64,000 nucleotides of DNA from Thermoplasmata archaeon. Lineage in GTDB: Archaea > Thermoplasmatota > E2 > DHVEG-1. Positions 19,564 to 29,524 of the stretch are shown here, one piece after another. Made by a program: the position numbers and the translations under genes. The stretch spans positions 16,418 through 80,417 of the forward strand of contig JAHWGK010000002.1 in the NCBI GenBank assembly GCA_020054495.1, read 5' to 3'. Within the stretch, counting starts at the first letter, position 1. Every line of letters begins with the position of its first letter. The notes under the pieces are model-generated. The model saw nothing but the letters and a program-made list of their open reading frames with translations, was not told the origin of the DNA and did no database searches.

Positions 19564-20295
19564 TTATACCAATTCGGATAAAACTTTTGATGCACTCTCA
19601 TGAATAACTATATCAGCCATATCATCCATTGGAGTTGGATCAATATTTACAATCACCAAAACAGCTTCATTCTTCTTTGCAATTCTTGGCATTGAAGCTG
19701 CAGGATATACTACAAGCGAACTACCTATTACAAAAAACATATCGCAGTTCTTCGCAGCAAGAGCAGCCATATCAAGTGCAACTTGAGGTAAAGGCTCACC
19801 AAAGAGTACAGTACTTGGTTTCAATATAGCCCCACAAGAGCATCTTGGAGGTAACTCTTTTTTTAACCGCCCATAAGCTTCATCCATAGAATAAAATTTA
19901 TCACAGCTCGTACACAAAATTTTTCTAGTATTACCATGAAGTTCAATAACATCTGACTGCCCAGCTACCTGATGTAACCCATCAATGTTTTGAGTGATCA
20001 CACGGTAAAGCTTCCCACGCTTTTCTAGCTCAACCAATGCATAATGACCATCATTAGGCTTAGCTTTCTTAATAACAGGATATCTTTCATCTTTAAAGAA
20101 GTTCCAATAATAGGAGGGCTCCTGAATAAAATAATTTATATCTGCATATATTGATGAATCATACTTTGACCAAAGACTACCAGCACCACGAAAGGTAGAA
20201 ATACCGCTCTCAGCCGAAAAACCTGCTCCTGTAAACGCTACAATTTTATCCGAGGTTGATACAATTTTCTTTAGTTTAGAAATCTTCTCATCCAT
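19564..20295 (-). CDS. cobB: NAD-dependent protein deacylase, Sir2 family (sirtuin)
   Basis: 243 aa. GAGFSAESGISTFRG, QNIDGLH, Zn-binding CTSC...CSCG. Confidence 0.9.
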   Translation of the reverse strand: MDEKISKLKKIVSTSDKIVAFTGAGFSAESGISTFRGAGSLWSKYDSSIYADINYFIQEPSYYWNFFKDERYPVIKKAKPNDGHYALVELEKRGKLYRVITQNIDGLHQVAGQSDVIELHGNTRKILCTSCDKFYSMDEAYGRLKKELPPRCSCGAILKPSTVLFGEPLPQVALDMAALAAKNCDMFFVIGSSLVVYPAASMPRIAKKNEAVLVIVNIDPTPMDDMADIVIHESASKVLSELV

Positions 20296-20298
20296 GTC

Positions 20299-20937
20299 TC
20301 AAGCCTTAACAAAAGCATTATATCTTTTTTCATCACCAATAGTAGTAACAGGACCATGACCAGTATAAACAATGGTATCATCTGGAAGCGTGTAAAGACG
20401 AGTTCGTATTGATTTTGCTAAATCTTCAAATGAACCTTTTCTAAAATCGGTTCTTCCAATACTACCCTGAAAAAGAGTGTCACCACCAAATAGCATACGA
20501 TCATAAAGAAAGCTTACACCACCCGGTGAATGGCCTGGTGTATGAATAACCTCAAGTTCGAATCTTCCAACTTTTATCTTATCGCCATCTTCAATGAACT
20601 TATCCGGTTTTGGAGGTTGCTCAATATTTATTCCCCATCTGTTTGCAGCATTTAGACCATCTTTAAGGAAAAAGAAATCACCCTCATGAGCAAGAAAATC
20701 AGCTTTAAGCTCTCTTCTAAGAGAGGCTACAGCTCCAACATGGTCAAAATGACCATGAGTAGCAAGAATATAATTTATTTTAATATCAAGTTCGTTAACT
20801 TTTTTCAATATAATATTAGCATCATCACCTGGATCGATAGTAGCGCCTTGTTTTACAGCATCATCCCAAATAATATAACAGTTTGAAAATAATGGACCAA
20901 CAATCAATGGTTCTACTTGAAGTTTAAAAGAGGTCAT
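20299..20937 (-). CDS. MBL-fold metallo-hydrolase (glyoxalase II-like)
   Basis: 212 aa. ATHGHFDHVG, HTPGHSPG. Confidence 0.85.
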   Translation of the reverse strand: MTSFKLQVEPLIVGPLFSNCYIIWDDAVKQGATIDPGDDANIILKKVNELDIKINYILATHGHFDHVGAVASLRRELKADFLAHEGDFFFLKDGLNAANRWGINIEQPPKPDKFIEDGDKIKVGRFELEVIHTPGHSPGGVSFLYDRMLFGGDTLFQGSIGRTDFRKGSFEDLAKSIRTRLYTLPDDTIVYTGHGPVTTIGDEKRYNAFVKA

Positions 20938-21273
20938 CTAGTTCATCACCTCTTGCACCAACAGCACATGCCCGAGACTAATCATAGGACCGGGGATATG
21001 GCCAGCACCTATCATACCTGCAAGCCATGGTGTACCATAAAAGGCTGAAATCTGAGGGATACTAATACTAAAAATTAACTCATCAAATTCTTTAGGTGAA
21101 ATTTTATTTTCTTGCAAAAATCTCTGTCCAATTTCTGCAGCAAATTTAATCGAATGAAGGCTTTGGAAACTTCCGTGCCATGCACAAAATGGTGCGCCCC
21201 AATAACCACCATATGGTATATATATATCTCTAAAGACCATAACTTCTCCTGGTCCCAATATGAAATTAACCAT
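20938..21273 (-). CDS. hypothetical protein, weak resemblance to a thiolase N-terminal segment
   Basis: 111 aa ORF abutting the MBL hydrolase. No catalytic Cys motif. Possible gene fragment. Confidence 0.3.
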   Translation of the reverse strand: MVNFILGPGEVMVFRDIYIPYGGYWGAPFCAWHGSFQSLHSIKFAAEIGQRFLQENKISPKEFDELIFSISIPQISAFYGTPWLAGMIGAGHIPGPMISLGHVLLVQEVMN

Positions 21274-21376
21274 ATAAATTTCTATCTCCTTGTATCTGAA
21301 AATTACAATAAATTTATTATAACGAATTTAACATATCTTAACCCCTCAATATAGTTAAGCAGAGGAGGCAAAATAG

Positions 21377-22582
21377 ATGGATTTTAGTTGGACAGATGAG
21401 CAGGAGATTTGGAGGAAAACAGCTAGAGATTTTGCTCAGAAAAAAATAAAACCAAAAGTAAGAGAGATTGATACTAATAAAAAGATACCAGAAGAAATCA
21501 TCAAAGATATGGGAAAGCTTGGATTGCTTGCACCTACCGCATCAACTGAATATGGTGGAGCCGGAGTCGATTGGACCATGGCAGCAATTGCTGCAGAAGA
21601 ACTTGGGCGAGCAGATATTAGTCTTGCAATTCCTGTTCTTTATCTTGTTGAAGCAGCATGGGGCTTTATCTTTAGTCAATATGGAACTGAAGAAGCAAAA
21701 AAGAAATATTTACCAAAAATTACATCAGGAGATGCCTTTTGCGGCATAGCTGTAACAGAACCTGAGGGAGGGTCTGATATAGTTGGAGCTGCTAAAACAA
21801 AAGCAGAAAAAAAAGGTAAAAACTGGTTACTTAATGGCGAGAAGATATTTATCAGCGGTATAACTGAATCAAGTAAATGGGGTGGTATTCATCTTACGCT
21901 CGCACGCACTAATCCATCTAAGGCCCATAAAGGATTTTCTTTTTTTGCATTACCGTTAAAAGATAACCCTAATGTCAAGACAACATTGTTCGAGGACATG
22001 GGACGAATGGGAATCTCAACAGGTGGTTTTACAATGGAAAATGTTGAGATACCTGAGAATCATCTCATTGGTAAATTTAATCGAGGCTTTTACTATGCTA
22101 TGGAAGGTTTCTCAGCTGCTCGTGTTCTTATTGGAGCAACCTGTGTTGGAGCTTCAGAAGCAGCAATGGAACTTGGTATCGAACATATTAAAACAAGAAA
22201 AGCATTTGGACGACCATTAGGAAGCTTTGAAGGAATCCAATTCCCTCTTGCGGAACATCATTGTAATATCGATGCTGTAAAACTCCAAACCTACCGTGCT
22301 GCTTGGACAATGGATAAGATGTACAAGGAAAATAAGGCTACTCATCATGACGTTGCTATTGCAGCTGCTATAGCAAAGCTTCGTGCACCCATCTATGCAT
22401 TTGGTGTAATGAATGAAGTAGCAGATTGGCTAGGCGCTACGGGCTATACAAAAGAATACCCAATAGAGATGGGTATAAGAGGAGTTAGATCATATTCGAT
22501 TGGAGCAGAAGGGACTATGAATATTATGAAAATTATTATTGGAAGAGAACTTTTAGGAAAAGAGTTTTTACCATACAAGTAA
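21377..22582 (+). CDS. acyl-CoA dehydrogenase
   Basis: 401 aa. ACAD N/M/C domains (AVTEPEGGSD, catalytic region YAFGVMNEV). SD GAGGAGG upstream. Confidence 0.9.
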   Translation: MDFSWTDEQEIWRKTARDFAQKKIKPKVREIDTNKKIPEEIIKDMGKLGLLAPTASTEYGGAGVDWTMAAIAAEELGRADISLAIPVLYLVEAAWGFIFSQYGTEEAKKKYLPKITSGDAFCGIAVTEPEGGSDIVGAAKTKAEKKGKNWLLNGEKIFISGITESSKWGGIHLTLARTNPSKAHKGFSFFALPLKDNPNVKTTLFEDMGRMGISTGGFTMENVEIPENHLIGKFNRGFYYAMEGFSAARVLIGATCVGASEAAMELGIEHIKTRKAFGRPLGSFEGIQFPLAEHHCNIDAVKLQTYRAAWTMDKMYKENKATHHDVAIAAAIAKLRAPIYAFGVMNEVADWLGATGYTKEYPIEMGIRGVRSYSIGAEGTMNIMKIIIGRELLGKEFLPYK

Positions 22583-22589
22583 GAATTTT

Positions 22590-23729
22590 TTATAACCCTA
22601 GTCTTTTTGATATAACCATCCTTTGAACCTCTGAAGTTCCCTCACCAATTTCACATAATTTTATATCTCTGAAATATCTTTCAACAGAATATTCACGGGT
22701 ATAGCCATATCCACCAAAAATCTGAATTGCATTTCTTGTCGCTCTCATTGCTATTTCAGCTGCAAATAATTTTGCCATAGATGCTTCTATGCTAAAAGGT
22801 TTACCTTGGTCTTCTAAAAACGCAGCCCGATATACAAGTAAACGAGCAGCATCAACCTCGGTTGCAATATTTGCTATCATCCACTGAATCGCTTGAAATT
22901 TACTAATAGGTCGTCCGAATTGTTGTCTTTGTTTTGCATACTCAACACTATCTTCCAGAGCACCACGTGCAATACCAACTGACATGGCACCAATTGCATT
23001 ACGACCCCTGTCAAGTATGTTCATTGCTCCAATAAATCCTAAATTTTTTTCTCCTAGTAAATTATCCTTAGGAACATGACAATTTTCAAAAATAAGTTCT
23101 GCGGTTCTACTACCTCTAAGACCAAGTTTATTTTCAAGTTGTCCAATTTTAAATCCTTTAGTATCCTTTTCGACAAGAATTGCACTAATTCCTTTTGCCC
23201 CTCTTTCTTTATCTGTTTTAGACATTACTACAACTACATCAGCTATATCCCCAGTAGTAATGAATTGTTTTGTTCCATTTATCACCCATTCGTTACCATT
23301 TAATACAGCTGTTGTTTGAGTAGCTGCTGCATCAGAACCTGCATTTGGTTCTGTTAAAGCCCAGGCAGCAAATCCTTCACCGCTACAGAGTTTTGGTAAA
23401 TATTTCTTTCTTTGTTCTTCGGTTCCATGTTCATAAATATGACCAATACCAAGTGAATTATGTGCTTCAACCGTTAAACCTGTGGAGCCACAAAAACGAG
23501 AAATCTCTTCAAGAGCAATCATATAACTAACTTTATCAATACCCGCTCCACCATACTTTTGTGGAACGGTCATTCCCATTAGACCCATTTGACCCATTTT
23601 TTTATAAAGATCAAATGGGAAATATTCTTCTTGATCAATTTTTGAAGCAATTGGTTTTAACTCTTTTTCACAAAATTCTCTTATAACTTTTTGAAACATT
23701 TGTTGTTCTGAAGTTAGATTGAAATCCAT
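22590..23729 (-). CDS. acyl-CoA dehydrogenase (short/branched-chain, isovaleryl-CoA dehydrogenase-like)
   Basis: 379 aa. ALTEPNAGSDAA, QIFGGYGYTREYSVERYFRDIKLCEIGEGTSEVQ. Confidence 0.9.
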   Translation of the reverse strand: MDFNLTSEQQMFQKVIREFCEKELKPIASKIDQEEYFPFDLYKKMGQMGLMGMTVPQKYGGAGIDKVSYMIALEEISRFCGSTGLTVEAHNSLGIGHIYEHGTEEQRKKYLPKLCSGEGFAAWALTEPNAGSDAAATQTTAVLNGNEWVINGTKQFITTGDIADVVVVMSKTDKERGAKGISAILVEKDTKGFKIGQLENKLGLRGSRTAELIFENCHVPKDNLLGEKNLGFIGAMNILDRGRNAIGAMSVGIARGALEDSVEYAKQRQQFGRPISKFQAIQWMIANIATEVDAARLLVYRAAFLEDQGKPFSIEASMAKLFAAEIAMRATRNAIQIFGGYGYTREYSVERYFRDIKLCEIGEGTSEVQRMVISKRLGL

Positions 23730-23804
23730 TCAAATCACCACATCCGTGATATACTAGCCCTCTAAAAATGTTTAGGTAAAAAAACGTTATTAGCCGAAAA
23801 AAGG

Positions 23805-24902
23805 CTAAAGGAAAATGTTGAAAATATAAGATAGGATTAGTACCTGAGGTATTGTAATAATTGGTATCCAAAGAGCTGCTTTTTTACCAATATTTTGCCA
23901 TATTAAACCAATTTCTGTATAATCAGTAACTACACCTGCCATGAGGAATGTGAAACTGTTTCCAAATGCTCCTGTTTCACTAAATATTTCAAAGGCAAGA
24001 GGTGAGCTTCCTTCTGAACATACTTCGATAATTGTTGCAAGAAATAGTGTTACAAATAAACCTAATAAAGTTGGCCCCATATATCTCACGAAGAAATGTG
24101 ATGGTACATATGCATCTGCAAGTGCTGCAATTGTCATACCCATTAGTATCCACCATAGTATCATTTTTGCTAGAGTCCATGACCCCTTAAATGTTCCCTT
24201 AAATGCATTTTTCAAATTTGTCTTTGTTAGTTTGTATTCTCTTATTCTTCTTTTAGCATCTTGAGTTATTGAGAAATCCTCATGAAGTGGTGTATCTTCT
24301 CCCAGACGACATTTATCACATTCTACCCATCCTCTCTTTTCAAGTTGTAAAAATATTACACCTGTTATAAATGCAATAATTAATGCTGATATTACTATTA
24401 ACGCTGCTTTTATTCCAAAGAATCCAAAAAGTAGTACAGTTATTGGGAGATTTGCCCATGGTGATGCCAGAAAAAATGCCACAATTGCTGATGTACTTGC
24501 TCCCTTTTTGTATAGCTCTATTCCAATTGCTAATATGCCATGACAACATGCAGTCATTAAAAAACCAAACATTATCGCGTAAAGTATTGTTCTTTTTCTA
24601 TGACGAGATAGATATTTTTCTATGTACTCTTTTGGTATGAAATAATCTATTATTCCTCCAATAAAAAATCCTACAATTACTGGTAGCCACATTATTAATA
24701 TGTAAACTTTGAATGAATTGTAAAACGGTTTTAGTACGGGTGTAAAATAGCTGATTATTAAAAATATAATTAAAATTATCCCTGCTATAAACAGCCGTTC
24801 TTTGTACCATTTTTTTGGCTCAGGGCAGCAGGATCCACAACTTGGTTCGGGATTTTTAGGTTTTTTATTAAATTTCACTGTATCACTCTGTAACATGGTC
24901 AT
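23805..24902 (-). CDS. predicted permease (DUF318-type) with Cys-rich N-terminus
   Basis: 365 aa polytopic membrane protein. Overlaps and is co-oriented with the ArsR regulator gene. Confidence 0.55.
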   Translation of the reverse strand: MTMLQSDTVKFNKKPKNPEPSCGSCCPEPKKWYKERLFIAGIILIIFLIISYFTPVLKPFYNSFKVYILIMWLPVIVGFFIGGIIDYFIPKEYIEKYLSRHRKRTILYAIMFGFLMTACCHGILAIGIELYKKGASTSAIVAFFLASPWANLPITVLLFGFFGIKAALIVISALIIAFITGVIFLQLEKRGWVECDKCRLGEDTPLHEDFSITQDAKRRIREYKLTKTNLKNAFKGTFKGSWTLAKMILWWILMGMTIAALADAYVPSHFFVRYMGPTLLGLFVTLFLATIIEVCSEGSSPLAFEIFSETGAFGNSFTFLMAGVVTDYTEIGLIWQNIGKKAALWIPIITIPQVLILSYIFNIFL

Positions 24903-25248
24903 ATGCCATTTTTATTAGTTGAACTACGTAATCATCATCAAGTGAGTAGTATACAGATTTGCCTTCTTTTCTGTATTTCACCAATTTTTTGTCTCTAAGT
25001 ATTCTTAATTGATGTGATACTAATGAAATACTCATATCTACAATTGCTGATAAATCACAAACACAAAGTTCTTCTTTTGACAGTGCGTATAATATTTTTA
25101 GTCTTGTTTTATCTGATGTTGCTTTGAAAGTCTCTGCCATTTCTTGATATGTAGTTTCTTTTTTCATTTGCTTTTTTACTTTATCTACTTTTTTTTTGTT
25201 TATTATCTTTATTTGACACACATCTTCTTTGCTCATATTTAACAACAA
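24883..25248 (-). CDS. ArsR family transcriptional regulator
   Basis: 121 aa. ArsR HTH (ELCVCDLSAIVDMSISLVSHQLRILRDKKLV). Confidence 0.8.
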   Translation of the reverse strand: MLLNMSKEDVCQIKIINKKKVDKVKKQMKKETTYQEMAETFKATSDKTRLKILYALSKEELCVCDLSAIVDMSISLVSHQLRILRDKKLVKYRKEGKSVYYSLDDDYVVQLIKMAYDHVTE

Positions 25249-25332
25249 TATTATTTGAACATTTATTCAAATGTTCAATCAAGTATTAAATTTTTTGGTA
25301 TAATTATTACGTTCTAGCCGCTAAAAATTATT

Positions 25333-25965
25333 TTATTTGAGTATTTTTCCAGTTTCCATATACCATAAATACAAATCAAGTTCAGCTAATGTTAAATCAG
25401 TTTTTTTTGCAAGCGTTCTTAATAAATCTTCGATTTCAAAATATCTCTTTTTCGTAAGAGTTTTTGGTTTTTCTATCAGGCTAAAATCTACGAGGATATC
25501 AACAATATGAAAATCAATTATAGCATAATCGTCAAATCCAATGTTTCTAAGAAAATGACTTGCTTCTTTATAACCAAGACCTTTAACATTGTTTACAATC
25601 CAATCTCTTAAAGCAGTTTTATCATGAAATTGAACAATTTCTTCTAATTTATCTTTACATTCTAAGGATTTTGAAATATAATCTGCTCTAGTATTAGGAA
25701 ATCTATGGCCAAAATTTTTTAGCTTTTTTGAAAGCTCTTCTTCTGAATCTGTTGAAAAACACTCTCCTATTTCATTTTGAATCTTAATGCTTTTTTCAGC
25801 GTTAAAATTTGCTGTCAGTATACAAAAACACATTTCTTTAAAAAGTTCGTCGTTAGATCTTTTATTTATATTTTTAAATTCATTTATTTTTTTATCAATT
25901 GTTTTTTTTACATTGGTTTTTTTAAGTGACTCAACTCTGTAAATTAGTTCTTTCATATGTGTCAA
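25333..25965 (-). CDS. ogg: N-glycosylase/DNA lyase, archaeal Ogg2-type 8-oxoguanine DNA glycosylase
   Basis: 210 aa. HhH-GPD element VKGLGYKEASHFLRNIG followed by catalytic Asp context IIDFHIV. Size matches archaeal Ogg. Confidence 0.7.
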   Translation of the reverse strand: MTHMKELIYRVESLKKTNVKKTIDKKINEFKNINKRSNDELFKEMCFCILTANFNAEKSIKIQNEIGECFSTDSEEELSKKLKNFGHRFPNTRADYISKSLECKDKLEEIVQFHDKTALRDWIVNNVKGLGYKEASHFLRNIGFDDYAIIDFHIVDILVDFSLIEKPKTLTKKRYFEIEDLLRTLAKKTDLTLAELDLYLWYMETGKILK

Positions 25966-26378
25966 CTATGCTATTATATTCGATTTATGATAATGTAATG
26001 TTTAAGTTATTAAAAAAAGATGTGAGGGGTGTCAAAAGTGGAAAGGGATCTAAAAATAAATTTTTGAGGAGAGGAGGAAAGGATGGGATGTTAACAAAGA
26101 CGGGATCTCCTTAGCTTTTGCACCCCTATATTATGTAAGTCTAATTTAGATTGTTTTTTACCACCTCGTTTTTATTATTAAGTAGTTATTTTTACCCCCA
26201 CAACATCTCTAATTAACAATTGTTAATATCGTTATTGGTATTTAAATATTTCGGCGATTTTTACGTTTTTGGTGAAAAAAAAATTAAAAAAAATTTAGTT
26301 TATATCACTAAAAAGTTCTTTTACCTAAATATAATAAACAATCGTTAGTTATAAGTACATAAAATAAGATTAGCAACA

Positions 26379-26714
26379 ATGAAACGTACTACTTGCGAGT
26401 ACATGATGTGGAGTGGGTTGCCCGTAATTAGAAAGGGAATTGCAGAGAGTATGATTAATGATTTTGGATTAAGTCAAAAAGAGGCAGCAGAACAGCTAGG
26501 ACTTACACCCGCTGCAGTATGTCTGTACGTATCAAATAAACGTGGAAAGATTGATATTTCAGATGAAACTGTCTTAAATGAAATAAAGATATCTGCAGGA
26601 AATATAATAGAAAATGAAAATAGCTCTATAATTTCAGAAACATGCAGAATTTGTAAACTTCTTAGATCCACCAGTAAATTTTCTTTATATTGTCCATCAT
26701 GTGATGAAAAGTAA
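26379..26714 (+). CDS. HTH transcriptional regulator with C-terminal CxxC...CxxC zinc ribbon (paralog of 51105..51437)
   Basis: 111 aa. HTH segment GLSQKEAAEQLGLTPAAVCLYVSNKRG. C-terminal CRICKL...CPSC. Confidence 0.5.
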   Translation: MKRTTCEYMMWSGLPVIRKGIAESMINDFGLSQKEAAEQLGLTPAAVCLYVSNKRGKIDISDETVLNEIKISAGNIIENENSSIISETCRICKLLRSTSKFSLYCPSCDEK

Positions 26715-26731
26715 AAACAAGAAATGTTATA

Positions 26732-27646
26732 CTAAATCGATATGCTTTGTTTGTTTATATGAAAGACTTCTATCATGCGATGAGGCCGGTATGACATTTT
26801 TGCCTTTCTTAAGCCAGGTAGATCCATATCTGATTCTCTATTGATAAACGCAAAATCTTTTTGAAGTATTTTTGCTGTTTCTTGATTTATTGCTTTGTAT
26901 ATGCCATCATAATCTGGTGATCCTTTTTCATAATGTACTACTGCAGTGTCAGGGCTTATCTTCTCATGTACAGCTATTGCCTCAATGTTTCCATTTATAC
27001 GCATAGCAATACCTGACAACTTAAGCTCAAAGAAACGAGACATCGAAAAAAGTATTGCCTTTTTTTCATTTTCCAATAGAGGATCCGATTCACAATCTTT
27101 CCGGAGACACCACCTTTTAAGAAACTCTCTTACCTCAGTCATATTTTCCTTTGTAATTTTTTCAACTGTGTAGCCATAGTTTCTTTTGAATTTGTTAAGG
27201 CGATTACGTATCTTACTGTATCCAGATCCAGACAACTCTGCAAGGTCAGATGCAAGATAAACATAATCAAAATAGTTTCTATCTGGAATAAATTCTAACC
27301 CAGAGTAGTTTTTTGAAAGCCAATCTTTTGTTTGTGTATCTATTAGACCAATTGGAGAATCAGAGCCTTCTTTTTTTGCTAGTTGAAGAACTTGCTTTAC
27401 AATATCCTTGTTATATTTTCCTGAGGGCGGTCTAAATTGAATTTGATTTTTAATTTTACTCATTATTATTAAGTTTTTTTCCAGGAAAGCATAATGGTAA
27501 TTACTGTAATCCATCCAGCTAATTATGGTTGTGAAGACGTTGTCGCTGTGAACAGGCGGGTACTTTGCATGATGTTTGTCAAATAGAGGCTTATCTTCTA
27601 TTTTGATGGGTTTAAAATCATCGATTGAAAGAGAGCGTGAAAGCAA
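26732..27646 (-). CDS. DUF2156-like protein (lysyl-phosphatidylglycerol synthase C-terminal-like acyltransferase fold)
   Basis: 304 aa. Similarity pattern to MprF C-terminal/DUF2156 family. Adjacent to a GNAT gene. Confidence 0.5.
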   Translation of the reverse strand: MLSRSLSIDDFKPIKIEDKPLFDKHHAKYPPVHSDNVFTTIISWMDYSNYHYAFLEKNLIIMSKIKNQIQFRPPSGKYNKDIVKQVLQLAKKEGSDSPIGLIDTQTKDWLSKNYSGLEFIPDRNYFDYVYLASDLAELSGSGYSKIRNRLNKFKRNYGYTVEKITKENMTEVREFLKRWCLRKDCESDPLLENEKKAILFSMSRFFELKLSGIAMRINGNIEAIAVHEKISPDTAVVHYEKGSPDYDGIYKAINQETAKILQKDFAFINRESDMDLPGLRKAKMSYRPHRMIEVFHINKQSISI

Positions 27647-27648
27647 TC

Positions 27649-28074
27649 TTATTCCCCCGTTTGATATTTCATTGGGACATAGTTCGTCATATGTTTAAAA
27701 CCAAGAGATAAGTAAAACTTGTCCTGCTCCGGTTCAGCAATGAGGCCGATCCAATGAAGTTTTTTTGATAAACAGTAGTCTAAAAGAGCGTTAGTTAGCT
27801 TTTTACCAACACCATGGCCACGATGTTCAGGTAAAATAACCAGATCCTGTATGTATGCATCAGACACTCCATCAGATATAACACGACCCATACCAATGGC
27901 TTTACCAGTATCTTTTTTAACTACAACTGCAAAAGCAAAACTTCCCTCCATCAAAGGTTTTATTCCAGATGGATCATAGGAATCTTTCCACCAGCCTCCA
28001 GTTTTGTATAATTCAACTATTTCACCCTCAGGCCAATTATTAACAAATTTGATTTCAATATTTTGTTTTTTCAT
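27649..28074 (-). CDS. GNAT family N-acetyltransferase
   Basis: 141 aa. Acetyl-CoA binding motif RGHGVGKKL. Confidence 0.8.
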   Translation of the reverse strand: MKKQNIEIKFVNNWPEGEIVELYKTGGWWKDSYDPSGIKPLMEGSFAFAVVVKKDTGKAIGMGRVISDGVSDAYIQDLVILPEHRGHGVGKKLTNALLDYCLSKKLHWIGLIAEPEQDKFYLSLGFKHMTNYVPMKYQTGE

Positions 28075-28213
28075 ATTATACCAATCTTAAAATCAATTTA
28101 TATCACCCCTTATAAAATTGATGCTATAATAGTATTTTCAAAACTTCTATTTTTATAAGGAAGATATAAAAAACAGAAGTATATACAGAAATTACTGGGA
28201 GTTATTATAGAGT

Positions 28214-28660
28214 ATGAGTGAATCTATTAGTATTCTCGGATCAATGATAAAAGATCATTGTAAAATTAAAAAGTTGATCAATGATTTAGAAGAAAAAACA
28301 AAGCAAGATTTTGATTCTATGAGTAAATCATTTAACAAATTTGAATGGGAACTTGAAAAACATGTTTTTGCAGAGGAAAAAGCAATATTTACTTCATATA
28401 ACCCTGAGGATGTTACTGAAGGATATAAAATGTTACCCGAACTTACAAAACAACATAACTTTATTATTAATACACTTAACAACTGGAGAGAAGACGTTCG
28501 TAAAAAAAGAATGATAAGTGAGGTATATAGTTTTAAAGAGTTTATAACTAGACATAAAGATTTTGAAGAAGAAAAAGTTTATCCAAAACTTGATGAAGTG
28601 TTATCTGAAGAAGAAAAAAGACACATTGTTGCAAAAATCAATGAAATTGTACATAAGTAG
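28214..28660 (+). CDS. hemerythrin-like (HHE cation-binding) domain protein
   Basis: 148 aa with repeated H-x3-EE motifs (HVFAEEKAIF, HKDFEEEKVYP). Confidence 0.6.
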   Translation: MSESISILGSMIKDHCKIKKLINDLEEKTKQDFDSMSKSFNKFEWELEKHVFAEEKAIFTSYNPEDVTEGYKMLPELTKQHNFIINTLNNWREDVRKKRMISEVYSFKEFITRHKDFEEEKVYPKLDEVLSEEEKRHIVAKINEIVHK

Positions 28661-28669
28661 AGGGAGATA

Positions 28670-28855
28670 ATGGAAGAAATCTATGAATGCAAAAACTGTG
28701 GTAAAACCGTAAAAGTAAAAGATGGAAAAGCTCCAGATTGTTGTGGTAAATCCATGAAAAAGATGTCGCTTGATATTTGCATTCAGCCAGCTCATGCAGA
28801 ACATGCAAGACCTATGGAAGATGAAGACGCATGTGATGATGGTCGTGCAGGATAA
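28670..28855 (+). CDS. desulforedoxin-like small metal-binding protein
   Basis: 61 aa. MEEIYECKNCGKTVKVKDGKAPDCCGKSMKKM matches the desulforedoxin CxxC...CC-G-x-x-M pattern. SD GAGGGAGA upstream. Confidence 0.5.
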   Translation: MEEIYECKNCGKTVKVKDGKAPDCCGKSMKKMSLDICIQPAHAEHARPMEDEDACDDGRAG

Positions 28856-28880
28856 AAAATTAAAGGAGGTAAGAAAAGAA

Positions 28881-29012
28881 ATGGAAGAAATTTATATTTG
28901 TTGTGTTTGTGGAGAAGAACACAAAGATGAAAACATACATCATATCGATGTAAAAGGTGAAACTAAGGATATATGTAAAGGATGTGCTACTTCCATAAAA
29001 GGACTTGCATAA
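28881..29012 (+). CDS. small zinc-ribbon/rubredoxin-like protein (43 aa)
   Basis: ATG at 28881 preceded by AAAGGAGGT SD. MEEIYICCVCGEEHKD...CKGCATS. Same MEEIY N-terminus as the preceding gene. Confidence 0.4.
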   Translation: MEEIYICCVCGEEHKDENIHHIDVKGETKDICKGCATSIKGLA

Positions 29013-29017
29013 AAGAA

Positions 29018-29524
29018 TTATTTCATAAATATTTCAAATCTGTCTTTTTTTACTTTACAAATTGGACAAATTTCTGGTGGTTCATCTCTTCCACAGAGAT
29101 ATCCGCATACTTTGCATCTCCAAACAGGTTTAGATAATGATGAAATATTAGTTTCACTTTGTTTTTTATCCATTTTTTCCCGTTCTTCCTTTAAAGGTCT
29201 TCTATCAGGAATTGACTCTAATTCTTTTTTTCCATTAATAACTTCTTTTGAAACATATAATGCACAATAACATGTTCCAAAATCATTCAAATCTGGATCG
29301 CGATAATCACAAGGACATATCATATCTAAATCCTCTTTTTTATTACCCGCTGCAAGTCTACAAGGACACACTTGATACCCATATCTTTTTTCATTTACAA
29401 TAAGGCCTTTAACAATACCTTTAGTAAATTCTAAATCAGAATTTATGTAATATCCTCCAGATTCTGCATCTTTTTTTAGCCTTTGGTATAATTTTTCAAC
29501 TTCATCATCGATTACATTACTCAT
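29018..29524 (-). CDS. ferredoxin:thioredoxin reductase catalytic-subunit-like protein fused to C-terminal rubredoxin domain
   Basis: 168 aa. CPC-x16-CPC-x12-CYC (FTR catalytic chain pattern). C-terminal WRCKVCGY...CPICKV rubredoxin fold. Confidence 0.7.
   Translation of the reverse strand: MSNVIDDEVEKLYQRLKKDAESGGYYINSDLEFTKGIVKGLIVNEKRYGYQVCPCRLAAGNKKEDLDMICPCDYRDPDLNDFGTCYCALYVSKEVINGKKELESIPDRRPLKEEREKMDKKQSETNISSLSKPVWRCKVCGYLCGRDEPPEICPICKVKKDRFEIFMK

Noticed and set aside
25926-26114. 62-aa ORF in the ogg/HTH intergenic region
   Set aside because: Begins inside the ogg gene on the opposite strand. Low-complexity basic tail. Region more plausibly regulatory or ncRNA.
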